The notes below the pieces were generated by a model. It was given only the letters and a program-made list of their open reading frames with translations. It did no database searches and was not told the DNA's origin. Made by a program: the position numbers and the translations under genes. Shown in pieces: positions 25,101-32,852 of a stretch of DNA of 35,171 nt; position 1 is the first letter of the stretch, and each line of letters starts with the position of its first letter. Source of the DNA: a virus (Duplodnaviria > Caudoviricetes); IMG/VR virus record IMGVR_UViG_3300020718_000030, positions 1 through 35,171 of that record; one strand, given 5' to 3'.

Positions 25101-25314
25101 TTCTAGCCCATTTACAATTACTTTACCAGCATCGCCTAATAACAATGACTCGGTAAAGATTGCAGATGCAAATAGCACTTTTGGGGTAAATCCTGTAACT
25201 GTAGGATATAATGGCGCAAGTATTCAAGGTTCTGGTCAAAACTTAATCCTGAACGTTTCAGGCGCATCAGTCAATTTAACTTATAATTCTTCTTTTGGAT
25301 GGAGGCTCGTTTAA
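22189..25314 (+). CDS. Large tail fibre/spike: 7 CBM5/12-like aromatic repeats, a pectin-lyase-like beta-helix and a gp9/gp10-like C-terminus
   Basis: G.W...T.Y..ND.V.YG..Y repeats; YVAKNGSD..LTIQGAI..VKSGTYQE; C-terminal NTASSPFTITLPASPNNNDSVKIAD. Confidence 0.75.
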   Translation: MTTILDLGKLRFYWAGDYVITTQYELNDVVKYGGNVYVYTNVVKTIGNLPTDTAYWALMVKGVNFVGVWDPAVQYHIGDAVAYGAVVYVSLSDNINKEPDLYPAIWSTFVTGIQYNGVYSNTTAYQPDDVVTYGPSAYIAIQTTTGHDPTNATYWSPFVSGIAASGVYNSATAYVPNNIVAYGANLYIATANTTGNLPTNTAYWQPFISAFQNRGAWVTSTTYYVNDLVQYGANTYACQVQNVSGVFATDLAAGKWSIFVSGLRQRGAWTTATQYLPYDIVVYGGNTYSCVTLNTSGVFATDLAAGKWQIFNGGIRWRGTWAAATQYLVNDVVYNLTSSYICLQDNTSSSNFNTDLTAGEWQIFAAGNNVFPAITSGQNGYSLSIANDGINLAWLNATSGVNILYVAKNGSDSNPGNSLALPKLTIQGAIAAVPSGQKTAIFVKSGTYQEALLPMVVPPNCAIVGDATRTTIVQPGSGLAADGVTPNNQATMWALSDGSLLNKLSFQGMTGWVPGATPSDITTSTPKGIYCALNPASPIIVKSPYVIECACFSSGGIGAYVNGSVHSSGNRSILFHEFTGIHDNGVGIWVDNNGKSECVGVFTYYAYFGYATTNGGQLRSISGNNSYGTYGSVSSGYSAAETAITGSLYGTLITFTGNYTGTINPGDTVSNGAGVTATVTNVQISSVYVTNVTGGTFTAGQTITATSGGVGIVSTYGGQQGYVLVLNNLIAAPQVGQSVQVAGDSSAYIINATSGSWVNSSSVISVVLAQQKATASASGSTVTIRSNFSLCRITAHDFLNIGTGGITTTNYPNTPTQAPNPANQVLQTLPGRVYYISADQAGNFQVGSYFAVNQATGAATLNANSFNLSGLTSLRLGSIGAQLGAQINEFSTDGTMAQNSPVKVPTQSAVVTYVGTQVSAAVPSQTGNSGKYLTTNGTVTSWGTVSVTPQWTVTTAATTAVAGTNYLCNTASSPFTITLPASPNNNDSVKIADANSTFGVNPVTVGYNGASIQGSGQNLILNVSGASVNLTYNSSFGWRLV

Positions 25315-25315
25315 T

Positions 25316-26680
25316 ATGCCACAACTTCTTACAACAGTTCTTAACGGTGGTGTCAACCCAGGTGTTTCGGGTACTGGAGCCAGATTTAGCTATGCACTAT
25401 GTAGCTATAACCCATCTAACGGAAACGGTGGCTTTGCTTTTTACGATCAAAACTTTGCGCAGCCAATAAACTTGAGTTACCCAAGTAACTATAATAGCTA
25501 TGGCCCCTCTAACATAGTTTATTTAACTAGCGGAACATACCAAAACTATTCTTCTCAGTTTAGCTGGGTATCAGATACTAGTAACCAAGCGTCTTCAACC
25601 AGTACGTCTAACTATATGAATGCAACTAATTCACAAGGCGAATTTGGAAATTCTTGTATTGATATTTATAGTGATGGTACTTTTGGTAGTGCTAGAAGGG
25701 CTACTAGTTCTAACTACAATAAATACTATTTAAATGCTTATGCAATTAATAGTGACCACTCAAACAAAAGAATTGTATACCTTTTAAACGGCGGTAAAAT
25801 TACTGCTGTAGATCGTTTATTCGGAAATTATACTGCTCCATTAGATGGTACTTCTGCATATACCGTTTCAAGTTTAAATACAACAATGCAGGGTAGTGCG
25901 TCATATAACTACGCTCGTAAAGAGTTAACTATTCTAAGTTATGCTAGTACAGGTGGTAACTTTAACGTAATTACATTCCAAAACGTAGATTTTAACTTGT
26001 ACCCTGACCCATCAGTTGCATTAACACAGTCTGGCGTAGTTAGAGTTAACTCAACCGTTGCATTGACTAGCAGTTGGGGTGTTAATAATAACGAGTCATA
26101 TTACAACTTAAAACCAATTGTAACTGCTAACGGAACTGTATATGTTACCGTAATGTTTACTAGTTCTAGCTTTGCTTTGTACTCATTTACTAGAAGTGGA
26201 ACAAGTGCAATTACAGGTACTTATGTAACTGCTTTGTCAATTACAACTTCTTATGGTTTTGACCAAGGTTTTTATTATGGCCAACGTCAAATAACATCTC
26301 GTGACGGATCAACTGTCTGCACATTTTGCCCATACTACTATTATGGTTCTGGTGTGGAGGCTTTCATGATTGATAAAAATAATAATACATACTCTACTTA
26401 TTCAAATACAGATAGTAGTGCTGGTTATGGCGTTGTTCCTTATGGCAACAATGGTTGGGCATTTGGTTTTAATGGTAATGGTTATGCAGGTAACTATCCA
26501 GGAGATTATGTTTCTGCTGTATATACTAAAAACTCTGCTGGTGGATTTACACAAACAGGTACAACCCTGTATTACCCATCATTCCCGGCCCCAAATACAA
26601 CAAACTATCCAGGTCTTGCTATGACAACAGATTATATGTTATTAACAGGTGGAACTTCTGGACCTAAATTAGCTGCTTAA
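25316..26680 (+). CDS. S/N/Y/T-rich putative receptor-binding or virion protein (start revised to ATG 25316)
   Basis: 454 aa beta-rich protein directly after the fibre gene. Confidence 0.6.
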   Translation: MPQLLTTVLNGGVNPGVSGTGARFSYALCSYNPSNGNGGFAFYDQNFAQPINLSYPSNYNSYGPSNIVYLTSGTYQNYSSQFSWVSDTSNQASSTSTSNYMNATNSQGEFGNSCIDIYSDGTFGSARRATSSNYNKYYLNAYAINSDHSNKRIVYLLNGGKITAVDRLFGNYTAPLDGTSAYTVSSLNTTMQGSASYNYARKELTILSYASTGGNFNVITFQNVDFNLYPDPSVALTQSGVVRVNSTVALTSSWGVNNNESYYNLKPIVTANGTVYVTVMFTSSSFALYSFTRSGTSAITGTYVTALSITTSYGFDQGFYYGQRQITSRDGSTVCTFCPYYYYGSGVEAFMIDKNNNTYSTYSNTDSSAGYGVVPYGNNGWAFGFNGNGYAGNYPGDYVSAVYTKNSAGGFTQTGTTLYYPSFPAPNTTNYPGLAMTTDYMLLTGGTSGPKLAA

Positions 26681-26691
26681 AAGGATTAAAA

Positions 26692-26952
26692 ATGAAAATT
26701 TATTTTACTACTCCAACGGATTGTTTTATTGCGGATTTTACGAACCAATCTGACGAACCAGAGCATCTTGCTTCTTTTGATTTGAAAGAAGGTCAATCTA
26801 CTTTTGCTCCTAGATATTCACTAGTTAACGATGAATTAGTTGATAACTATGTAGGAAAAAAAGATGAAGAAGTTGCTGCTGCTATTTTAAAAGCAGAAAA
26901 CGATGCTGCTGCTGCTTTGGTCGCTGCCGCTGCCGCTGCCGATAAAAAATGA
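26692..26952 (+). CDS. Small acidic protein (possible fibre assembly factor)
   Basis: 86 aa; APRYSLVNDELVDNY motif and poly-Ala tail; ATGA overlap with the heme oxygenase. Confidence 0.65.
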   Translation: MKIYFTTPTDCFIADFTNQSDEPEHLASFDLKEGQSTFAPRYSLVNDELVDNYVGKKDEEVAAAILKAENDAAAALVAAAAAADKK

Positions 26953-27482
26953 GCCTTAAAGACCTGATTAAAGATAACCACGATAAGGCGGAAAACCACC
27001 GTTTTGTTAAGGTTCTTTTATCAGGTGAAATTCCAGTACCGGTCTATGCAGACCTTTTATATAACCAGTTGTTCTGTTATACAAAATTAGAAGAGCGTGC
27101 TTGGAAAGAAGGTTTATTAGAAGGTATTGAAAGTATTTGCCGTGGCCCTAAGATTGAGATGGACTATATTGAGTTAGTAACTCCGGCTAAGGTATACCAA
27201 TCTACTGCAGACTACGCAAAGTACATAGAAGACATACCTGCAGATAAGATTATGGGGCATATATACGCTAAGCATTTTGGCGATTTATACGGTGGCCAGA
27301 TGATTAAAAAGGTTGTACCTGGCTCTGGATTAATGTACCAATTTGAAAACCGCAAAGAGTTAATCGACAAAGTTCGTGAGCGTCTATCTGATGATCTAGG
27401 TGATGAGGCTAATATAGCTATAGAATTCAATCTAAGACTATTTGATGAGATTGCCGATGCCCACGATATTCCAGCAGCTTGA
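26949..27482 (+). CDS. hemO: Heme oxygenase (biliverdin-forming)
   Basis: Proximal His in KDNHDKAE; distal helix HIYAKHFGDLYGGQMIKK; EANIAIEFN. Confidence 0.93.
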   Translation: MSLKDLIKDNHDKAENHRFVKVLLSGEIPVPVYADLLYNQLFCYTKLEERAWKEGLLEGIESICRGPKIEMDYIELVTPAKVYQSTADYAKYIEDIPADKIMGHIYAKHFGDLYGGQMIKKVVPGSGLMYQFENRKELIDKVRERLSDDLGDEANIAIEFNLRLFDEIADAHDIPAA

Positions 27483-28104
27483 AAACTTCGCTGACTACCT
27501 CCAAAAGCGGTTTAAGTACTATGAGGAAGTAGACGAAGGACATAAATTTACTTGGCCTAATTATGTCTATAAAGGTCATAATTTTCGTAGGGCGCATTTG
27601 GACATAGTAGACGCTAGGGAAACCAAAAAGCTCTATATGCTCCATTTGTGCGTATTCCCACATTTAGACTGCCCTGCCCCCATATACGGCTTTGATATTA
27701 TTGCTGGAGCTAATAAGGTTACTGGTGCTTTCCATGACTTTAGCCCAATAGGTGAACACCCATTAAACGACTGGTTTAAAGATAAAGTAGCTGGCTACCA
27801 GTGGAGTAGAGAGCGAGAACTTCCAGAATGGGCACGTAATATATTTAGCCCTAGTATGGTAGCTGCCGGAAACATCAACACAGAAGAAGAGTTAGCTAAA
27901 GTACTTAGCCTAGCCACAGCAAATCTTAACCAGTATCTTGACTATATGGGTATGGGTGAGAAAGGCGACTATAAGGACAAGCAAAATTATTACTGCCAGA
28001 ACCAAAAGAAAAACCCACATACCCCTAGAGTAATGGCGTCTTTAGGGTTAGACCCAGATGAAGTTTCATTGTTTATTAACAAATGCTTATTCCCTGAGGT
28101 GTAA
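27457..28104 (+). CDS. pcyX: Ferredoxin-dependent bilin reductase, PcyX-like (start probably ATG 27457)
   Basis: FRRAHLD...YMLHLCVFP...PIYGFDIIAG..KVTGAFHDFSP...RELPEWARNIFS...QNYYCQNQKKNPHT; Asp at the PcyA Glu76-equivalent position; adjacent to hemO. Confidence 0.85.
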   Translation: MPTIFQQLENFADYLQKRFKYYEEVDEGHKFTWPNYVYKGHNFRRAHLDIVDARETKKLYMLHLCVFPHLDCPAPIYGFDIIAGANKVTGAFHDFSPIGEHPLNDWFKDKVAGYQWSRERELPEWARNIFSPSMVAAGNINTEEELAKVLSLATANLNQYLDYMGMGEKGDYKDKQNYYCQNQKKNPHTPRVMASLGLDPDEVSLFINKCLFPEV

Positions 28105-28149
28105 AATGACGTTCCTGCTAGAGCTTCTATCTAATTACGGATATACCAG

Positions 28150-29181
28150 ATGACCTTTGGGTTTTCACCATTTGCACAGGCTCCCTGGTGTACTATTCCG
28201 GGGGGTAGTATCTATTCGATTTCTGTATCTGAAAGCTTTACAACAACCGATTCTTTTTCTAGTTTAGCTAAATTTAACGTATTAAATGCTGAGTCTTTTG
28301 CATTATCTGATAGAGATGTATCCCAATTTAACTTCCGTGAAACTGTAGCAGAAAGCAGTTCCCTTGCTGACGCCTACGCTGTTAAATTTGGTGCAAGTGG
28401 TGCAGTATATGAAATGTTCACTATTAGTGATAGGTTAGCGTCTTCTTTTGCTTATATTGTATTGGCAGCAGAAAACGTAACCCTAACAGATACAGAACGA
28501 AGTAATAATACTTATTACGTATTTACAAGTGAAGCAGCCACAATTAATACCCTAGTTTCAGCAAAAGCTGCCTTTGCTGGATTATCTGCTAATACTCTTT
28601 CTTTAAGTGATAGAGAACAATCCCAATTTAATTTCCGTGAAACCGTAGCTGAAAATAGCTCTTTTTCCGATGTCGAAGCCGGTAAATTAAACGCCCGGGT
28701 AACTGTACCAGAGTCAGTAATTTTAGTTGAAGCCCTTATTGCCCGAGCTAAATTTGTGGTTTCCGTACCAGAAACAGCTAGGTTTACTGATGTAGAAAAC
28801 GTATTCCAAAGCTTTCCAGTACGAGTCCAAGAATTAGCTACCTTTACAGATGCCGTAAATGGTCGTAGATTTGCATTTGTAACAGCTGCTGAAAACTTTA
28901 ACTTAGTCGATACCGATACCGCAAAAGCCAATTTTGTAGGTTTAACCCAAGAAATAGTATCGGCTATAGACTCCCCTTTTGCTCGTGGATGGGTTAAAAT
29001 AAACGATAATCAGGATACAACTTGGAACGGTGTCAATAATAACCAGGTCCAAATGTGGCAGGCAGTAGGTAATAACCAGACATCTAACTGGACAGGAATA
29101 AATGATGCACAAAACCCTGGATGGGATAGCGTAGGCGATAACCAAAATCCGGGCTGGATAGACATAGACGATAATCAGTAA
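28150..29181 (+). CDS. Repetitive virion structural protein
   Basis: N-terminal FGFSPFAQAP; ~25-aa internal periodicity; six C-terminal 11-aa Trp repeats. Confidence 0.7.
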   Translation: MTFGFSPFAQAPWCTIPGGSIYSISVSESFTTTDSFSSLAKFNVLNAESFALSDRDVSQFNFRETVAESSSLADAYAVKFGASGAVYEMFTISDRLASSFAYIVLAAENVTLTDTERSNNTYYVFTSEAATINTLVSAKAAFAGLSANTLSLSDREQSQFNFRETVAENSSFSDVEAGKLNARVTVPESVILVEALIARAKFVVSVPETARFTDVENVFQSFPVRVQELATFTDAVNGRRFAFVTAAENFNLVDTDTAKANFVGLTQEIVSAIDSPFARGWVKINDNQDTTWNGVNNNQVQMWQAVGNNQTSNWTGINDAQNPGWDSVGDNQNPGWIDIDDNQ

Positions 29182-29190
29182 GGAATATAA

Positions 29191-31356
29191 ATGGCCTCAA
29201 CATACTCACCGAATTTACGTATCGAACTAATCGGTACAGGCGACCAAGCTGGTACTTGGGGAAATACAACCAACGGTACTGACCAGTACGTACTTGAGAA
29301 TGCCGTCAGTGGGTACCAAGCTATCCCTATTAATTCATCAAATCAAGCGCTAACCTATGTTTATGGTTCTACAACCTCAGCAGCGTCTAATCAGTCAGTC
29401 TTTGCATTTTTACAATTAACTACTGGTACGGTAACTACGGCGTTTAACCTATATGCACCGCCTACACCAAAATCCTATGTTGTCTATAACAATACCACAT
29501 ATACTGCGACTATCTATAATAGTACAGCTATCGGTAATACCATCCCTGCAGGTGCGGGTGTAGTTATTGCTGCTGGTGCGACAATTACTGTTTGGTCTGA
29601 TGGTCAAAATTTCCGTGCGGCTAATACTGCGGCTGGTAACTTCCTTGTAGAGGGTAATTTAACTGTACTTGGTAACGACACAGAAATTGGTAATTTTTCA
29701 GCTGCTAACGTTTTTGCTGCCTTTGAACAGGCTACGTTTACAGGTAGTATTTCTGGTAATACTTTAACCGTACCAACAGGCGGGGTTTCTGTAGGATCTG
29801 TTTTTGTTGGTCAAATTATTTCCGGTACAGGTATTGCCGCTGCCACATCCACTAACTTAACTAATCCCCTATCTACTACAAACGGCAGCGCTACTGTAAC
29901 AGTAACCCAGGCGGGTCATGGGTTTTCAAATGGTACTCCTGTAACTATTGCTGGAGCTTCTGCAACGGGTGGCATTCCAAGTACAAGCTTAAACGGTACA
30001 TATTCAATTACCTATATTAATGCTAATAGTTATTCATTTACTGCTGGTGCAGCAGCTTCTTCGACAGTATCCGGCGATGGCGGTGCTGTTACAGTTACTA
30101 CTCCTTCTACCCAAATTACAGCATTAGGTTCTGGCACAGGTGGCGCAGGTACATACCTTGTTAATATTTCACAGACTGTAGGTTCTACAACTATTACTGG
30201 TTCTCCTGCGGCTATTGCTACAACCCCTGCTACTACTGATAACTCAAATAACGTAGCTACAACAGCATTTGTTAAGAACGCATTATCTGCAAGCGGTAGC
30301 TTTGTATACCCTAACGTTGGTATTCCTAATTCAACAGGTGCTGCATGGGGTACATCTTATAATTCTTCAAATCCAATTCCAGTAAGTTTTGGGGGTACAG
30401 GCTTAGCGACTTTAACTTCGGGAGCTGTATTAGTTGGTAATGGTACAAGTGTACCAACAGCTATTTCTCCAAGCTTTGCAAATAACGTACTAGCTTCTAA
30501 TGGTTCTGTATGGTCTTCAACCCCGTTTAGTACACTACTAGGTACAAGCGCAGTAACTTCTTTTAATGGTCGTACTGGACCAGTAACTCCTTCTTCAACA
30601 GACTATAGTTCTTACTACTATCCGCTTAGCTCAAACCCGTCAAACTATGTAACTTCATCTGCGCTTTCTGGGTATGCTCAATTAAGTGGCACAAATAACT
30701 TTACTGGAGCAAATACCTATAGTTCTACAGCTAGCATAACCGCAACAGGAACCAGCGCAGGTAACCTGCGTATTGGTGTAACTTACAGCACTTATAGTTC
30801 TGGACTTTCAGCTACATCATTGCAACTTGCTGGTAATGGTGTTGGGGTTTTATTTGACCCAACTACTAATACCGTGGGTTTTCTAAATGGTTTTGGAGGT
30901 GGTAGTGGTACATATTTATCAATAACTCCTACAAGCGGCACTGTAGGTTTAGCTAATAATACTCTATATACAACCGCTGTTGATGCTATTAAAGGTGGTA
31001 GTTCTACTGCGTGGATTGCTACGTCAGACATTCGCCTTAAAAATAATATCCAAGACTATACAAAAGGTCTTGATTTATTAAATCAAATTAAACCTAGAAC
31101 ATGGGTATACAACGGTAAAGGCGGGTCTACGCAAGGTGCAGAAGGTCTTGGTGTAGTTGCTGATGAAATTGAACAAGTTTTGCCAAGTGTTATTAGAACT
31201 ATTCCAGGAAAGTTAAACCCTGAAGATACAGAGACAACTGACATTAAGCACGTTGATACTACAGAAATTACTTGGCTATTAGTTAACGCAGTTAAAGAAC
31301 TTAGTGCAAAAGTAACGGCACTAGAAGAACAGATTCTCAACCTAGGAGTTAAATAA
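29191..31356 (+). CDS. Tail fibre with a C-terminal peptidase S74 intramolecular chaperone
   Basis: N-terminal GDQAGTWGNTTN; ATTAFV fibre motif; SDIRLKNNI...GVVADEIEQVLP...LLVNAVKELSAKV. Confidence 0.88.
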   Translation: MASTYSPNLRIELIGTGDQAGTWGNTTNGTDQYVLENAVSGYQAIPINSSNQALTYVYGSTTSAASNQSVFAFLQLTTGTVTTAFNLYAPPTPKSYVVYNNTTYTATIYNSTAIGNTIPAGAGVVIAAGATITVWSDGQNFRAANTAAGNFLVEGNLTVLGNDTEIGNFSAANVFAAFEQATFTGSISGNTLTVPTGGVSVGSVFVGQIISGTGIAAATSTNLTNPLSTTNGSATVTVTQAGHGFSNGTPVTIAGASATGGIPSTSLNGTYSITYINANSYSFTAGAAASSTVSGDGGAVTVTTPSTQITALGSGTGGAGTYLVNISQTVGSTTITGSPAAIATTPATTDNSNNVATTAFVKNALSASGSFVYPNVGIPNSTGAAWGTSYNSSNPIPVSFGGTGLATLTSGAVLVGNGTSVPTAISPSFANNVLASNGSVWSSTPFSTLLGTSAVTSFNGRTGPVTPSSTDYSSYYYPLSSNPSNYVTSSALSGYAQLSGTNNFTGANTYSSTASITATGTSAGNLRIGVTYSTYSSGLSATSLQLAGNGVGVLFDPTTNTVGFLNGFGGGSGTYLSITPTSGTVGLANNTLYTTAVDAIKGGSSTAWIATSDIRLKNNIQDYTKGLDLLNQIKPRTWVYNGKGGSTQGAEGLGVVADEIEQVLPSVIRTIPGKLNPEDTETTDIKHVDTTEITWLLVNAVKELSAKVTALEEQILNLGVK

Positions 31357-31604
31357 TGTTTATTATTAATTGGTTATTCGACAAGCTTGGCTATATGCCA
31401 AAAATTGATATGGAAGTTGGTAAGGCTAAGATTGATGCGCAAACCCCTGATTTTAAAATGTGGCCTTTTCCTGTAGTTGAAGTTACATCTTTATCTGAAA
31501 AACCTAAGAAAAAAGTGATAGTTCCGAAAGCTACCACAAAAACTAAAAAACCAGCAGCTAAAAAATCTGTAGTAGCTAAAACTGCCCGCATTAAAAAGAA
31601 ATGA
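31356..31604 (+). CDS. Hypothetical protein with a Lys-rich C-terminal tail
   Basis: 82 aa; coupled to both neighbours. Confidence 0.7.
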   Translation: MFIINWLFDKLGYMPKIDMEVGKAKIDAQTPDFKMWPFPVVEVTSLSEKPKKKVIVPKATTKTKKPAAKKSVVAKTARIKKK

Positions 31605-31846
31605 ATAAAGTATTAAACGACCTTCTTACTGGTAAAGATGGTAAGACGCATGATATTGGGCGTTGGTCATTGCTTGTCTCTATATTTGGATTTTTTGGGG
31701 CAGTAATTTATAACGCCCTTCACGCAGGGGCAGTTGACTTAGAAAGAATGTATATGGGTGTAGCTGCTATTGTAGGTGCGCATGGTATGGCTATTTGGGC
31801 TAAGCAAAATACAGAACCTGAAGATAATGCAGGACCGGGGGCATAA
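31601..31846 (+). CDS. Putative holin
   Basis: Two hydrophobic helices and a charged C-terminus; lies before the spanins and endolysin. Confidence 0.6.
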   Translation: MNKVLNDLLTGKDGKTHDIGRWSLLVSIFGFFGAVIYNALHAGAVDLERMYMGVAAIVGAHGMAIWAKQNTEPEDNAGPGA

Positions 31847-32265
31847 TGTGGAGCTTTATAGATGAATACCTTAATTACATCAAAATTGGACTTGCTGTTC
31901 TTGCTGCTTGTATTTGTTTTTATGGTGGGTTTCATTTGGGTAGTAGTCGATATTTGGAATACAAGGCAAGTGTTGAAGCTATCGCTAAAGAGCAAGAAGA
32001 AAAAGTTAAATCCATTCGGTCACAGCAGGAACTCGTAAATAAAGGAATCCAAAATGAATTTGAAGGTAAGCTTGCTGCTTTGCGCAATTATTATGGTGGG
32101 ATGCACATCAACCCCGGTAGCCGTTCAGTGCCCGGCATTTCCCCAGCCCCCAAAGGAGCTGATGCAGAAACCGCCTACCCAATACTTGCTGGACAATGCG
32201 CTGAAACAACCCTCCAAGTAAATCTATGGCAAGAATGGGCAACAGAAAACGGACTAATTAAATGA
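31846..32265 (+). CDS. Rz: i-spanin
   Basis: N-terminal TM helix followed by a coiled coil; contains a nested lipoprotein gene. Confidence 0.8.
   Translation: MWSFIDEYLNYIKIGLAVLAACICFYGGFHLGSSRYLEYKASVEAIAKEQEEKVKSIRSQQELVNKGIQNEFEGKLAALRNYYGGMHINPGSRSVPGISPAPKGADAETAYPILAGQCAETTLQVNLWQEWATENGLIK
32054..32221 (+). CDS. Rz1: o-spanin lipoprotein nested in the +1 frame of Rz (not in the ORF track)
   Basis: MNLKVSLLLCAIIMVGC lipobox plus Pro-rich TSTPVAVQCPAFPQPPKELMQKPP; SD AAGGA at 32042. Confidence 0.85.
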   Translation: MNLKVSLLLCAIIMVGCTSTPVAVQCPAFPQPPKELMQKPPTQYLLDNALKQPSK

Positions 32266-32849
32266 TTGAAAGTCAGTTAATTGCTTTAGGTATTGACGGG
32301 AAATGGTTAGAACCTCTTAACGCTGTTATGCAAAAATACGAAATTAATACTAATCTTCGCAAGGCGGCATTCATTGGACAGTGTGCTCATGAGTCTAATA
32401 ACTTTACTCGTCTAGAAGAAAGCCTTAACTACAGCCCAGAAAGACTAATGGAAGTATGGCCTAGTCGGTTTCCAGATTTAGCTACAGCAATGAAATATGC
32501 TCACCAACCGCAACTTTTAGCCAATAAAGTATATGCAGGCCGTCTAGGTAATAGAGAAGAAGGGGATGGGTATAAGTTTAGAGGAAGAGGAATCATACAG
32601 ATAACTGGGCGTGATGAGTACTTTTATTGTGGCAATGCCTTAAAGATTGATACTTTAACTTATCCAGAACTTCTAGCTATTCCTGAAAATGCCGCTATGT
32701 CTGCGGGGTGGTTTTGGAATAAAAAAAGCCTCAATCAATTGGCAGATTTAGGTGATTATGAGACAATGACAAAACGTATAAATGGTGGTTTAGAAGGTCT
32801 TGCCCAGCGCAAAGTTAAAATCGCCCATGCTAAACAAGTATTAGGGTAA
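32262..32849 (+). CDS. Endolysin, glycoside hydrolase family 19
   Basis: AAFIGQCAHES, GDGYKFRGRGIIQITGR, SAGWFW, TKRINGG. Confidence 0.93.
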   Translation: MIESQLIALGIDGKWLEPLNAVMQKYEINTNLRKAAFIGQCAHESNNFTRLEESLNYSPERLMEVWPSRFPDLATAMKYAHQPQLLANKVYAGRLGNREEGDGYKFRGRGIIQITGRDEYFYCGNALKIDTLTYPELLAIPENAAMSAGWFWNKKSLNQLADLGDYETMTKRINGGLEGLAQRKVKIAHAKQVLG

Positions 32850-32852
32850 GCC

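Noticed and set aside
26949-28104. Cyanophage ho1/pebS or pcyA interpretation
   Set aside because: Reductase motifs fit PcyX better (RRAHLD, MxHxC, GAFHDFS), and there are no photosynthesis genes or other cyanophage markers in the window; phylogeny would settle it.
22189-31356. Diversity-generating retroelement or invertible tail-fibre switch
   Set aside because: No reverse transcriptase, no adenine-specific TR/VR pair and no invertase seen; the repeats are in-frame domain duplications.
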